DNA of 64,000 nucleotides, taken from the NCBI RefSeq assembly GCF_006345805.1, contig NC_043024.1, positions 13,392,001 to 13,456,000 of the forward strand, written 5' to 3'. Below are positions 13,141-28,689 of this stretch, piece after piece. The notes under the pieces were generated by a model that saw only the letters and a list, made by a program, of their open reading frames with translations, was not told the DNA's origin and searched no databases. The DNA is from Octopus sinensis. Lineage: Eukaryota. Position numbers and translations under genes: made by a program. The first letter of the stretch is position 1; each line of letters begins with the position of its first letter.

Positions 13141-14037
13141 TATATATATATATATATATATTTACCAAATGCTTGAATCATGTAAAAGAGTAAGAGAATT
13201 ATCTATCTATCTATCTATCTATATATATATATATATAGACAGGCACACAAATAAAACACACCTGCATATCACACCAAAAGACGGATACCTTTGTATATAT
13301 TTATCAGGGAAAAAAAGAAATAAGATGCATTTTATCAAGATATGCCACCGGTGGTTTCATATGTTCCTGGCAGGAAAAAAGTTTATGAAATGAAAAACTA
13401 CTTAGAGGTACATCAAGAGAAGAGAAATAATACGAAACCTTTGGCTACTACGGATGAGAAATGGAAATTGATTATAGAAATTAATATAAAACCGTCCTTT
13501 AATTAACATACATTCAAAAGAATGGACTCTGTGGCCTCTATTTTGGATGGAGTGTCAGATTTTGACGGGTTTCAGGTAGGATTGGAAAGTGAAGCGATCG
13601 CCCCCGAATGGGTATCAATCAGGTTTAAGTACATAGCAAATTTCTTGAATTTTGGAATTCCCTTAACAAATATTGAATATTTCGAAAATACAGCGTATTC
13701 TCTCTGTTTCGGATTTAGTGTAAAATAATAAAATGTTATCTTTACTATTACGTATACACAAGCAAACGGACAGACACCCGCATGGGGAGGTGAGAGGTTT
13801 ACACAGAGAAAATTGCCGAAATTAAGTATAAGTTTGGAGTATATATAAATAAACAATTAATTAATTAATTAATTATAGGCCGATTGTGTAATGAAATATA
13901 AATTATGGCAAAGAATAACAAGAGTCTCAGATGAAAAACTACAAATTGCGGATATGTATTCATACAGGAATATGGCATATATAAAGCAGCAGAAGGTATA
14001 TGTATGTATGGATGTATGTATATATGTATGTATGGAT

Positions 14038-14106
<69 letters not shown>

Positions 14107-14257
14107 TAAGAGTACAATGTGTGAATAAATGTAGCAAATATCAAGACAAATATCTCTCTGCTTGTCTATCTATCTATCTATCTATCTATATATCTATCTA
14201 TCTATCTATATCTATTTTCTATCTATCTATCTAATCTCTCTATCTCTCTCTCTCTCC

Positions 14258-14291
<34 letters not shown>

Positions 14292-14587
14292 ATATGTATA
14301 TATATATATATTATATATATATTATCGTATGCATGTTTGTAAACTTTATTTATAATCATATCTCTATTTACCTATATATTATATATATATATATATAATA
14401 TATATATATATATATAGATATATATATATAATGTACTACTATACACAGTAATTAATACGAAGTAATTCATGGGGGTTATATACCATTATAGAAATATATA
14501 TATATATATATTGTGTGTTTCTTAAATGGCTTACAACACCTTCCACGCTGCAATTGTTTATATATATATATATATACTATATATATA

Positions 14588-14639
<52 letters not shown>

Positions 14640-15235
14640 TATATATATATGCTCGTAACTATATAGAATTAAATAAATATACATACTCAGTTTAGCCCTC
14701 GTTGTCTCCTAATATGTATGCAGACACGTGTACATATATTGGTGAGAAAATAAACTGATTTCTTTTTTCGGTTTCTAGTAAATTCCACAAACAAGGTGTG
14801 ATGAGCGAAACAGAGATGAATATTAAAACAAGCACAAAACAAATACAACAACAACCAACAATAACAAGAAACATTTACAACAACAACGAACTAAATATTA
14901 GCAACTAATTAACTTTTGACTAATGAAAATCTGCAACCTCCCCTTGCAGGCATCTTTCAATAGAGATATCTGATCTAATTGAATTATTTGGCTCAAATAT
15001 ATATTTTATTTGATTGCCCATATGAAATTAATTAACAGATATAATAGAGAATTGGAATCTATTGATCCGCACGCGAAATTTTACATACGACTGCAAAATA
15101 CACATAGATGCATAAACAAACATACATACATGCACACATGAACACACATACACACAAACACACAATTATAGATATACACCTATCTACAGCCCTGTCATAT
15201 ATATATATATGTGTATGAGAGTTTGTGTATGATTA

Positions 15236-15284
<49 letters not shown>

Positions 15285-15316
15285 GCACACATGTATATAT
15301 ACATATATACATATTT

Positions 15317-15352
<36 letters not shown>

Positions 15353-15430
15353 CATAATATATATATATCTGTGTATACATATAATGTATATATATGTATA
15401 TGTATGTATATATATATGTGTGTATATATG

Positions 15431-15509
<79 letters not shown>

Positions 15510-16119
15510 GATATATATATATATATATCTATACATATATATACATATATATGTAAATATGTATATATATATATGTATGTATATAAATATCTTTAATCTG
15601 ATATGAATTGTTTCTGCTAATACGATTATTACTTTCAGACTATTTAACCTCGTCTTTAAAAAGCATTTAGTACATACACGCACATATTCTCTAGCTCTCT
15701 TCTTTCCTTCTCTTTATGTTGCTCTCTCTCTCTCCCTTTTCCCTCTCTCTGTCTCTGTCTCAGACATGTACCTTGGCACTGGACTATTTTGATCGTTGAT
15801 CAAACAACGATTAGGAACGAGTACAGGGATGTTAGAAATACAGTTTAACTACACAAGGACGGTGTATCTTTCCTGTAGGATTCAAAAGCTGTATGGCAAT
15901 ACATTTTTAAATGCATTGATTTCCAAGTTCCAGCGAGGAAAGTGATCAAAATCAGTCATATGAAGACATAGTTTGTCTCCCGTGTCAGTAAATAGAACTT
16001 ATGCTTTTGTCTTTGACTATTATTTCTAGCAAGGCTAGTGATTCCAGCACCATTCATCACTTTTTAATTACGGTTAATTATTTCCTTTTTGGTTTTGAAT
16101 TAAGTCTAGCAACCTTAAT

Positions 16120-16560
<441 letters not shown>

Positions 16561-17237
16561 ATATATTTACATATACACATTTGCTTACATATTCCTTTTA
16601 TGGAATTGCATTAGAATATTTATAATCTTTTTAAGGGAAACGATTGCAAAAGTTCCATATTGCTGTTTGCATCTTTTTGACAACGGGTTGTATTAAAGAT
16701 AGTTAGACATTAACTCGTTTAGCTCAGTGACCATAAAAGGCAATATTTGACATAATGTTTATTTAAATATTTAATAAATTAAATAATACGAACTCATTTA
16801 ATCAGTGTAATAATATTTACACTTCTAGTTGTTGGAATATCAAATATATTGAATTTTAATCAATGTTAAGATATTTATTACATTTTGCATTAAAAATTAA
16901 CATTTAAGTTAGAGCTAAAGTATTTATTGTCTGGAATTTTTCATTACATTATTTGTCTTCTGTCTATCTCTCTGTCTATCTTTATACGTCTCTCTCCCAT
17001 TCCCTCTCTCTCTCTCTCTCTCTCTCTGTTTGCTAGTCTGTCTATTAACCTATGTCTCTATTTATATATGTATGTATACATGTATGAATGTGTGTGTGTG
17101 TATTTATAAATCTGTTTGCTTGTCTGTCTGATTGTCTGTCTGTCTGCCTGTATGTCTGTCTATTTAGGTGTCTATCTATGTATATATATCTATCTCTTTC
17201 TCTCTCTCCCTCTTTATATATATGTATATATATACAC

Positions 17238-17279
<42 letters not shown>

Positions 17280-17325
17280 ATATATAATATATATATATAT
17301 ATACATACATATATATATATGTATG

Positions 17326-17378
<53 letters not shown>

Positions 17379-17517
17379 TTTATAGGTTCGAAATGTTAAG
17401 GATTTTCTTACATTTTTTCCTCACCGTCAATCTAACACACTTTGTTATTTTGTTATCTCGTCCTTACGTTTTGTTGTTTGTTTTTATTTGTGGACCACAC
17501 ACAGACACACGCACACA

Positions 17518-17551
<34 letters not shown>

Positions 17552-17980
17552 AATTCTGACACAGTGATCCGATGATACTTTTTATTATGGCAAAAACTTC
17601 CCGTCCAGTCCCTATTCTTTTATTCTTTTATTCTCTTGTTCCTTTTGTAGGTCTGTCACCATGCAATAATATACTTTCTACCAATTTTGTTGTCACTTTA
17701 TGGTTGGAATTATTCTATGATTGAATTTGTCGCAGCTGATCTTCCCTGAGTGCCACCCTGAATATTTAGCAGCAGATAAGCCTTGGGCTTCTTCATCAAT
17801 ATCACTTCCTTGAGATTCCTTGATTCTTCCAATTAATCCCTTTCCTTATTCGGTTGGCGTTGGCTCCAGTACCCACCAAGCGATTGTTGTACTTTCCCTG
17901 AAAGCGAAAATGATTTCTTTAAATTAATTAAGAATTAATCTTGTAAGGTATTTAATATACATATTCGTTTCGTTACATAC

Positions 17981-18032
<52 letters not shown>

Positions 18033-20047
18033 ATTGTGTTTGTATATGTGTATGTAATGGATAGTGTACGTGCTTATGTGTCTGTGTTTTTGTGAAGCTA
18101 GTTTTTGCTGACAACTGAAATCTATCCCCAATGTTGAAGTAGTGTTTGATGTATTTCAGAGCAGCACATATTTAATGTACGTGCCATTTCCAACATGTAA
18201 TAAATAGATTGGAATATGATGAAATTTGCTAGCTGGAATCTGGCACGCAATATACGACACGTGAATGACACCTGCGCTGGTGATGTAATAATAGACCATT
18301 AAATCACACACATACACACACACATGCATATATATACGCTGTGGTGTCGATATCTAGAGGAATATATATGATATATATGGAGAGAAAGATAGAGATAGAT
18401 AGAGAGAGAGAGAGAGAGAGGAGAGAGCAAGGGGTAGAGAGGTACTGAAAAAGGAAACGTGAGATATAAGGAGAGAAGGAAATATACAAGCAACATGATA
18501 AATTGAAAATTTAGAAGGAAAGAAGGAGAATAAGAAGGAAATGGAGACAAAGAGTAGAAATATCTACAGATACTTCCGAAACACACATTTTACATATACG
18601 ACATTGTATTTCAAAATTAATAAGGCTTTCCCTCATTCCTAAGAAAGGAAACCCCACAAAACTATACATTAAACAATTATGAGTTATAGAACAGAACTGG
18701 AGTTCGCTTGAAGCATTTCGGTTATAGAAGTAGAATTATCGATCCAAAATGGCACAATCAATGTAAATACACATTTCTTTGGTTGTATTCTTGTGAAGAT
18801 AGAGCTTTGCGTCCGAAATATAAAGGTTTTTAAAACTTTCCGCTTTGTTAAAAGCTTTCTTTATTTCTCATTTCATTCATGTTCTGCAGCTATGAATTAT
18901 GTTTAAATGGAAGTTGGAAACAGTTTTGTTACTTTTATTATGTTCTGTAAATGTATGTAGAAAGGATTGTTTCCTCAGCTGTTTACGATACACGAAAACG
19001 TTGGTTTTTAAGACAATTCCGTCTAACCGTTTGGAAGATAATGAATGGAACTCTATTTCACCGCTGGATTTGCTAAGAATCTTAGACAAATCTCTCTCAA
19101 AATCATTTACAGCATCTTAAAAACGAAGGCCACTTGCCGCAAGACGATTAATAAATTCGTATATGCCAACGGTAATATTTCAACGAGATTTCATGGAATA
19201 TTCTCAGTGGTGTCATCGAAACTTCAGCCACATTTACATCACATAACACCGTATTATCTTTAAAAGAGAGCCAGCGAGAATATCTGTTGCTCATTGTAGA
19301 ATTATTAGAATTATTAAAATCTAAACAGAAGATTTATTATCCCGCGTATCATATATGTCGAATGTTTCAGTCCTAGCTACAATATACCAGGAAAGAAAAC
19401 GCACTTTCGAGGTTAGAATGCCAATCATTGTTAATAATTGGCCTTGGCAGTTACCTTCTGGCGGACATCAAGAGCTACTGTATAGTGAAACCTCAAGAAG
19501 GATGGTCCAAATAGTGTTCTCTATTATTTAACTCGCTAGAAATAGTAGGGGGATCTTAGTTATGGTTGAGTACTATAACCGCCATGAATGAACCGGACAG
19601 GATTAGTTTATTTAGCTGGAAAAGCAAACTTATTTGGTTCTACTAAACACGGTGTCTGTTCTTTATGCATTTACACTTGGACGACTGAATTCTAAAAATG
19701 AAACGAAAGTCGTCGGTACGCGAACATAACCAATCTTGCTGGAAGTATCTCGAGGTATTTCAATTCTTCATTCATTATTATGTTATCCAGTCTAATTGAT
19801 CCCAGTTTCAATGGCGATGTATTGTGGGAGTATTGTGGAATGAAATAATTAAAATAATCTTTGGTGCGTAAGTTCTTGCTTATGGAAAACAATAATTGTT
19901 GTCCATTTTGCAGGATTGCGTAGGAGAACGCAGGTGGATGAGTATAAAAGGAACCAATTAGCAGACGACTGTTGCTGTTTTGCAGACAGCTTAGAGCGAA
20001 AGGAACCATCAGTTTTGGTCGACCTTCTTATAAACGTCAACAGTATC

Positions 20048-20277
20048 TGTTTCTTTATTGCCCACAAGGGGCTAAACATAGAGAGGACAAACAAGGACAG
20101 ATGAACGGATTAAGTCGATTACATCGACCCCAGTGCGTAACTGGTACTTAATTTATCGCCTCTCGAAAGGATGAAAGGCAAAGTCGACCTCGGCGGAATT
20201 TGAACTGAGAATGTAACGGCAGACGAAATACGGCTACGCATTTTCCGGCGTTGTAACATTTCTGCCAGCTCGCCGCC
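20048..20277 (-). mobile_element. SINE A monomer with a 24-bp target-site duplication
   Basis: Flanks cttcttataaacgtcaacagtatc (20024-20047) and cttcttataaacgtcaatagtatc (20280-20303). Confidence 0.9.
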
Positions 20278-20324
20278 CTCTTCTTATAAACGTCAATAGT
20301 ATCAACGAATCCACAAGCAAAGGA

Positions 20325-20490
20325 AATTCAGCGTGACATAAAATGTGACAAGGAAGGACTTTTTGTGTACAGGAATCACGCAATCTCGACACTGGTGCAA
20401 AGAGAAAAACAGTTTCTTGCGCAAGGATGCAATGCGCCATCAGTTATCGAACTCATGACCGTACGATTGTAATACGTTTACTCTAAGCAC
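20325..20490 (-). mobile_element. SINE-like family D 5' part; related segment at 25824-25945
   Basis: Minus-strand tRNA-like head gcgtgactaagtgcttagag...gagttcgataac; shared att(c)agcgt.ac motif with the 25.9 kb segment. Confidence 0.5.
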
Positions 20491-21301
20491 TTAGTCACGC
20501 TATGTATCTCTGTTTGTCGCCGAAAGGCTCCAAGGAGAATTCGTTCCCGACAAAAACGGGTTTGGTTTTCGAGTCCTGCGTCCAAAGGAGAGGTTTTTGG
20601 TGTTTGTTAATCAAAAGAATGTTGTTTATTACCAGAATTAACTCAACTTTACGATCTCCAATTCTAACAACCTGTCTCTGCCTGTCTCTGCCTGTCTGTC
20701 AATCTCTGTCTGTCTGTCTTTGTCTGTCTGTCTCTATCTGTCAGTCTCTGTCTGTCTGTCTGTCTGTCTGTCTGCCTCTCTCATTATATCTTTGGCTCTA
20801 TCTGTCTTACTTGTTTATCTCTCTTTTTCTTCTCTCTTCTCTCTATTTTCTTTCTTTCACTCTTCCTCTGTGTAAGTTTTTCATTCATGCTGTGTGTTTG
20901 CATGTGTAGGAGTGTGTACAAAATTGTTACCGCAGGATGCATTTCCATTATGGGCTTTATACATCATTTATACATCATTAGCGAACATCGAAGAAAATCA
21001 TTCAGGTCTAATGAATAATTTTCAGAAATCTGTCACCTAGCAGTGCTATCAGTTTGGGGCAACGGAGGCAATTGGTGACCCGAAATAAACTCTATAGGCA
21101 TTGTGGTGCAGCTATCTGCACCTGCAGAAGGTGTGATCTCTTTTTGCCACCGCGTTTCGTATTTATCTTTGTCATTACTTTCTCTCACTCACTCTCATTC
21201 ACAGCTATTACCCTCACTACTTCTCCTTCACTGAATTAGTATTCATCTCCTCTCCATTCACATCTTACTCAATATATATATATATATATATATATGTTAT
21301 A

Positions 21302-21350
<49 letters not shown>

Positions 21351-21356
<6 letters not shown>

Positions 21357-21621
21357 TAAAAAATGGAGTTAACGCAGGTGTAAACAAATATTTTTACTTT
21401 CGACACATGTTTCTGATACTATTCAAAAGAATAAATGGTATAAACAATGCAATCTTCTCTTCGGGAAAGTGAAAAAAACGAAACTCGTCAATACGACATT
21501 TTAGCAAAAAATGATGGATTTGTATAGCGATAGACAGAACGCTATCAGTGGAATTTTCGAAACATGTGTCGAAAGTAAAAATATTTGTTTACACCTGCGT
21601 TAACTCCATTTTATATTCATA
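21351..21621. mobile_element. Small element with 63-bp inverted arms and a hammerhead-like motif (Penelope/retrozyme-like), next to (TA)n
   Basis: Arms 21351-21413 and 21559-21621 with one mismatch seen; both contain GAAACATGTGTC. Confidence 0.75.
21396..21470 (-). ncRNA. Degenerate type I hammerhead-ribozyme-like motif
   Basis: ACUUUC-CCGAAGA-(stem II region)-GAAAC-AUGU-GUC-GAAAGU: perfect 6-bp stem I, palindromic stem III, U4>C in the core. Confidence 0.55.
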
Positions 21622-21789
21622 TTATTCAAAATATTCAACGTAAACACGAAGTTTCTATCTATATAAACAAGGAGTTACAACACCTTTACTAGTGAGAATT
21701 TTGCTGCCCTGGTAAGTATTTATTTATTTTTCCGTGTTAAGTGTTAACAAGGTAAAAATACACTCATCTCTCTCTCTCTCTCTCTCTCT

Positions 21790-21827
<38 letters not shown>

Positions 21828-22029
21828 ATATATGTGTGTGTATGTAGTATATATATGGATTATTTTTCCATTTGAGAGTGGTCGATTTTTAGTATTCTCG
21901 TTTGTGAGAGCAGCTCAGATATTATCATTTTAAAAATCCTCTCCGGCTAATCGTTGAGAGGACGTTGGTGTTACTTTGCCAGACTTTTGCGATCTCTGAG
22001 TGCTCTTGTTATTGTTGTTATTATTGAAA

Positions 22030-22225
22030 GCGACGAATTATGAATGCTTACAGCCCTTTACGTTTTCCGTTTCAATCCCTCCTTGATCAACTGGAATATT
22101 GATCTATTTGGGGTCGATAAAATAAAGTACCACTCAAGTACAATGGTTGGTGGCTGCGAATAATCCCATCCTCTTTGAATTCCTACTCTACTGCCGGATT
22201 CAGAAACCAGTATTCTTATCCTCAA
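22030..22225 (+). mobile_element. Degenerate SINE A (A2 tail)
   Basis: tttggggtcgataaaataaagtacc body similarity. Confidence 0.55.
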
Positions 22226-22229
22226 AAAA

Positions 22230-22550
22230 AGTAGTAGTAGTAGTATTAGTAGTAGCTGTAGCTGTAGTAGTTGCAGCAGTAGCAGTAGTGGTATTAGTAG
22301 TAGTAGTAGCAGCTTAGTAGTGGTAGCAGCAGCAGTAGTAGCAGCAATAGCAGTAGTGGTGGTAGTAGTAGTAGCAGCAGTAGTGGTTGTACCAGTAGTA
22401 GTAATAGCAGCAGCATTAGTAAGTAACGGTGGTAGTAGTATTATTAGTAGTGCAGCAGCAGCAGTAGGCGTAGTAGTAGAAGTAGTAGTAGTGGTTGTTG
22501 TTTTTTATTGTTTGTTTGTTGTTTGTTGTTGTTGTTGCAGTCTGATGTAG
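22230..22550. repeat. Compound (AGT)/(AGC)/(GTT) array
   Basis: Seen directly. Confidence 0.9.
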
Positions 22551-23387
22551 CTTCCATTATTCTTTCGCTCAGGTAAAAACCTTCTCGAGACTCGAGCAAA
22601 TTGTAAATCTGTCTCAATAGCTTCGATTTGATGTATGTTATTGCCCTTCCGCTTACGTGAAGGGAATCCTCTTCAGGTAGGTAAGACTTTACCACCGCCA
22701 CCGCCCTTGTTGTTGTTGCTGCTGTTATTGTTTTTGCAATTGTTCTTCTTGTTGGTCTACTTATTTGTTTTCTTTATTCTTTTTTCTCTTCTGTTCATAA
22801 ATTTCTCTTCCCTCACATCCGTCTCTGCCTCCTCGATTTCCTTCCGAGGTGGGACATTACATTGTTCTTTATTTTCTTTAATTCAAAATTATTGCCAAAC
22901 TCTTATTATCAAATTGTCTGCGTACCCCTCAACGAAACAGGTACTCGCGCACAATCAACGCATGTGTATCTATTTTTATACACCCACTACACACACATAT
23001 ATACATATATGAGTTTGTATGCATACATATATACAAATATACGCGTATAGATATATACATATGTGTGTCTCTGTGTATGTATGTATACATGTAAAGAGAC
23101 GTACACGTGTAGATATATACATGTGTGTGTCTGTGTGCATGTATGTATACATACATAACTGTATATAAATGTGTATAGATACGTGGGCATAGATAGAGCT
23201 ATACATATTTGCATATAAACCTTGTATAATACATATGAACGTACGTATCTAGAAATATAAAAGTACATATCTATGTAAGTATATATATATGTATGCATGT
23301 ATATATATATATATATATATATACATATATGTATATATACATTACATATATACACATACATATCTATATATATTATATATATATATG

Positions 23388-23418
<31 letters not shown>

Positions 23419-24172
23419 ATATATATGTAATATATGCATATATGTATATATATATGTATGTATGAATGTATGTATGTATGTATATATATATATATATATA
23501 TATATAGGCACAATTTAATTTTATTATGAATAGAGGGCCTTGTGTACAGTTGGTATGTTTTGCTTAACTGTCAACTTTTCTCCCTGCTCTCTCTCTCACT
23601 CTCACTCCCTCTAGCACTCTGTCTTTGTCTCTCTGCTCCTCATTCTCTCTCCCCTCTCATCCTCTCTTTGTCTCTCTGTCTCACTCTCTTCCTCTTTCCC
23701 TTAACATTTCTGTTTTTTCACCATCTTATTTTGATATTGGAGAATTTGAGAATTGTTTTCGTCCCTTTTTATTTTAACTTCAAGTAATAAAAACTGTCTT
23801 TTCTTTAAACAACGGCAAAGTGTAACTTATACTTATATATGTATGCATGTATGTATGTATGTGTGTATGTATGTACGTACGCCTGAATGTATGTATGTAT
23901 ATATGTATTATGCATGTATATATGTATATATGTATGTATATATGTAGGTATGTATGTATGTATGTACATATGTATGTTTATATGTATGTATGCGTGCATG
24001 TATATATCTATTTATATATGTATGTATATATTGCATGTATATATTAACATATAACAACACACAAACACAGATAACATCTATATATATTTATTTATTTATA
24101 ACATTTATATATATATATATTTATTTATTTATAACATTTATATGTATATATTTATTTATTTATAATATTTCT

Positions 24173-24203
<31 letters not shown>

Positions 24204-24252
24204 AACTTACATGGAATATATGCACACACATAGAAACACCACTCTCATAAAT

Positions 24253-24290
<38 letters not shown>

Positions 24291-25621
24291 TATATATATA
24301 ACATATATACATATACATAATATACATGCATATATATATATTTTTTTGTATGTGTGCGCGTGTGTGTGTGTGTAGAGCGAGAGAGAGACATATAGAAAGA
24401 GAGAGAGAGCTACCCACATACGTACACGTACTTGTGCGCGAGTAGTATCATCTGTAGGCCGAGACTGTTTATCTCGTGTCTAAATGTATTTCCTTTCCTT
24501 CCAGTTTTAGGCAAAAGAAAGGAAGCAACACGAAAGAGAGAAGTTAGTTCGACGCACACACAAATACGCACCGAGGCGCTGCCTCGCAAACGTCTCTGCT
24601 TTCATTTCATTTCCTTCGTTCACTCATTGTTTCGTTCCTTTTTTCCTTCCATCATTCATGGCTTGCCTTCATTTATTTTGTTTTGTTTCCTTCGCTAAAG
24701 GTACATCAAGGAGAGACAAATGGATCGCTCCTTTAACTTCGTTACGAAGCAGCCTGTCATGGCGGATAGATCTCTATAAATCAATACAAAAGACTTGGCT
24801 TGCATTTACAATTACGCTGCTGCGCAAAACTTTCCGAAAATACAGGAAGCCTCCTCGGGAGGTTGTTAGCAGTGCTAGAAATAGCATGCAAATACCCTTT
24901 CAATCACAACTCTGTCTGATTTAGCTTCAAATTTGGGATTAAGGACAGTGATTTCGGTTGAGAAATAAATCGATTACATCGACGCCGGTGCTAGGTAGGT
25001 TCTTATTTGATCGACCAATTCAGCGATACTTTATATTTTCGTGTGTGATCTTGCTCCATTTACTCCATTCCAGAATGGAGTTCCGGTAAAATTAGAACTA
25101 TAATAAACGAGTGAAGAACAAATATATAGTGCGTGTGTGTATTTGAAACAAAACGGCCGTCCCGAAATACAACAATGTCTTTAAGTTTTTTCATTATTTT
25201 CGTCATCAGACTGCGGCCATCATGGGGCACGGCGTTGAAGAACTTTTAGTCAAACGAATCGATCCTAGTACTTATTTGTTAAAAGTCTGGCAGTTATTCT
25301 ATCGGTCACTTTTGTTTGTTTATTAACGGGATGTAAAGAAACCAACACTGGTGGTGAAGCGCTGATGCGGGACAAATACAGACAAATTGATACACACATA
25401 CCTGTATGTATATATATGTATATATGTCCATGTGTGTATATATATATATATATATATTTCACACCTATACATACACACACGTACACGTCAAGACCACGCG
25501 CAAATAGTACTCTCTTACATACGCGCACCTTCGTTTTGGGATCACTATTAGTTTGTTATCTCCCCAACTTCTTCGCTCTCCTGTGTGACCCCTCTGTCTG
25601 GCAGTCGCCATGATAGATCGG

Positions 25622-25800
25622 TAGCCACTACACACATTTTTTCTCTCCTTGTTTCTCTGCTTGTGTGCTCCTTTCTGTGGAAGAGCGTAGGTTCGAAATG
25701 TAAAATAATTTTTCGACTCTCGAGAGTTATACTAATACATCTGTTTGTTTTCTACACCACCTGTCTTCGTCTTTTGTTTTTTTCGTGAATTCTCCCCATA
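25622..25800 (+). mobile_element. Small repeat with a minimal hammerhead-like motif; second copy at 45665-45830 (-)
   Basis: ctttctgtggaagagcgtaggttcgaaatgtaaaa...ctaatacatctgtttg...gtcttc.tctttt..aattctccc shared with the 45.7 kb copy. Confidence 0.7.
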
Positions 25801-26119
25801 TATATATATACATATATATATATATGTCGTGGCACTCCGTCGGTTACGACGACGAGGTTTCCATTTGATCCGCTCAACGTGCACGTGACTGAGCACTCCA
25901 CAGACACGTGTACACTTAACGTAGTTCTCAGGGAGATTCTGCGTATCACTGGCCCATTGCACCTCCATGTATGTATGTATGTATGTATGTATGTATGCAT
26001 GCATGCATGTATGTATGTATGTATGTATGTATGTACGTATGTATGTATGTACGTATGTATGTATGTATATATACAAATACACACGTACACATACTCACAC
26101 ATACACACACATTTACGAA

Positions 26120-26275
26120 TTTTATCAATTTTCTTCTTACCAAATCCACTCATAAGATATTGGTCAGTCTGAGATTTTAGTAGAAGACAATTGCATAAAG
26201 CGCCATGCCGTGGGACTGAACCTGGCTCCATAGTGTTGGAAAGCAAACTGTTTGACATACAGCCACGCTAGCGCC
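26120..26275 (-). mobile_element. Degenerate SINE B 5' half
   Basis: ccaaatccactca...gtgggactgaacc...cagccacgctagcgcc. Confidence 0.7.
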
Positions 26276-26776
26276 TGTTACTACACAGTTAAATCACGTC
26301 TGTAATTACCCAGTTTTTACCTGTCAAAAGGTAAAATAAAACGCAACGCATTTATTTGTTAACAGAATCACCGTCCTGTTCTTGCCGTTATTTTATCTGC
26401 AGAACAGACAGTCGTGCAAAATATGCAGCAAGCTTTAACCACATATAACTACCGTGATATATGGACACTAATATATGTACATTAATATATTATTGTGATA
26501 TAGGTATCTAGCAATACAATTAGTAAGCGGTATCGGGAGATATAATTGCAAGGACTGCGAACTGAAATATATTCACACACTTTCATATATAAATACAAAG
26601 GTGATATAATTTCTGTCAGATGTTACCAGGTATAATAGTCCATACACACACGCATACGTACGGACATATATATATATGTGTTTATGTATATATATATATA
26701 TATATTTATATACATTTATATATATACATACATACACACATATATATATAGATATAGATATATATACATATTTATA

Positions 26777-26807
<31 letters not shown>

Positions 26808-26969
26808 GTATGTATATATGTACATATTTGCGTTATACATATTTGCATTATTACGTGTATATCTATATTTATACACGCAAAGTCAAATTTTTATATGTGT
26901 GTGTTTATGTGTGCGTTTGTGTGTGCGTGTATGTGTGTATATGTCAAGATGGGCATAGAAAGTAAGAGA

Positions 26970-27006
<37 letters not shown>

Positions 27007-27939
27007 TGTGTATGTATAGTTAACATATAGTTTTCACATACACGCATACACCCACACATTTGTATGTGTATATATATATATAATATATATATATATAATA
27101 TATATATATATATACAACATATATATATGCATGGTATATAATGTGTATGTGTGTGTGTAGGTTCTCTTATTTATGTATGCAAAAATACTGCATTCGCATG
27201 CATATTTGCTACATAATTTGCTGCAGCTATTAGCAGCTATAATTGGTAATGTAGGAAAGTATATTCAAACACTAAGCACACGGCTATAAAGATATATTCA
27301 CACTCTCATATACGCGCGCATAAAGTTAACTGTCATCAGCTGTACATGACAATAATAAAGGCTTGGGATTTCGTGTACCATACATCCAATTAAAGATCTG
27401 ACAGAGAGAAAAATGTATTAATACGAACACAGACACAGGCCCACACACATACACACAATTATGCATGACATATTGTTAGTTATAGTAGTTAGTAGGCACA
27501 AAAAATATTAAAATACTGACCGCATGTGAATAGAGATACTTTCACATGAAGCTTTACATTTAGACAGGGATACAATAAGATTTAAATTATGTTGGTTATC
27601 ATTGTTAGTTAGTACAAAATACCGTGAAATATTCGCTGTGTGTGTACAGAAATATATTAAGACGTAGATATATCTGTGTAATGATATTTAGCAATAGTGA
27701 ATCATTCAGATATTACTAGCCATAATGGTAAGTAGAGGACGATATATTCAAATACTGAAGACATGTCTGTTATTTAGAGAAGCGTTCCTATTAATAATCT
27801 GATTCGGAAATCGTTTGACAAAAACGTATGCAACACATCGCCATACACAAGCAGAAGTAAGTCAGATCCAAAACGAAACGAATCGAAAGCATAAATAGAT
27901 TGCTTAAAACGTTAAGCAGGATCGTCTCTGTCTACAAAC

Positions 27940-28021
27940 ATAATACATATATATATATACATACATGTATATCTATGTCTATATCTATCTATATATATAA
28001 TCATATATACATACTTGTATA

Positions 28022-28066
<45 letters not shown>

Positions 28067-28267
28067 TATTATATATATATATACATACATGTATATCTAT
28101 GTCTATATCTATCTATATATATAATCATATATACATACTTGTATATCTCTCTCTATATATATATATATATCTATATATATAAGTTTTTATGTTTCTCTAT
28201 AATTCTACATATATATGCATATATATATATATATACACACATATATATGGATGTATATATATATATA

Positions 28268-28309
<42 letters not shown>

Positions 28310-28408
28310 TATATATATATATACATATAGATATATATATATATACATACGTACATGCATACATATGTATGTATGTATATATATATATATACATACGTAC
28401 ATGCATAC

Positions 28409-28439
<31 letters not shown>

Positions 28440-28555
28440 TGTATGTATGTATGTATGTATGTATATATATATATATACATATAGATATATATATATATAT
28501 GTATGTACAGATAACCACATAGTTTTCACACACATACACGCACACATATGTATGA

Positions 28556-28612
<57 letters not shown>

Positions 28613-28652
28613 CATACATACATCTGTGCATTCATACATACTTATATATATA

Positions 28653-28689
<37 letters not shown>

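Noticed and set aside
13343-13728. Two short protein-like ORFs (MPPVVSYVPGRKK..; MDSVASILDGVSDFDG..)
   Set aside because: No recognisable motif and no convincing splice pairing
21673-24880. Isolated splice-like signals (21712 GTAAGT donor; 22542-22585 mini-exon; 24711 acceptor)
   Set aside because: Such motifs are expected by chance in AT-rich DNA and give no coherent reading frame
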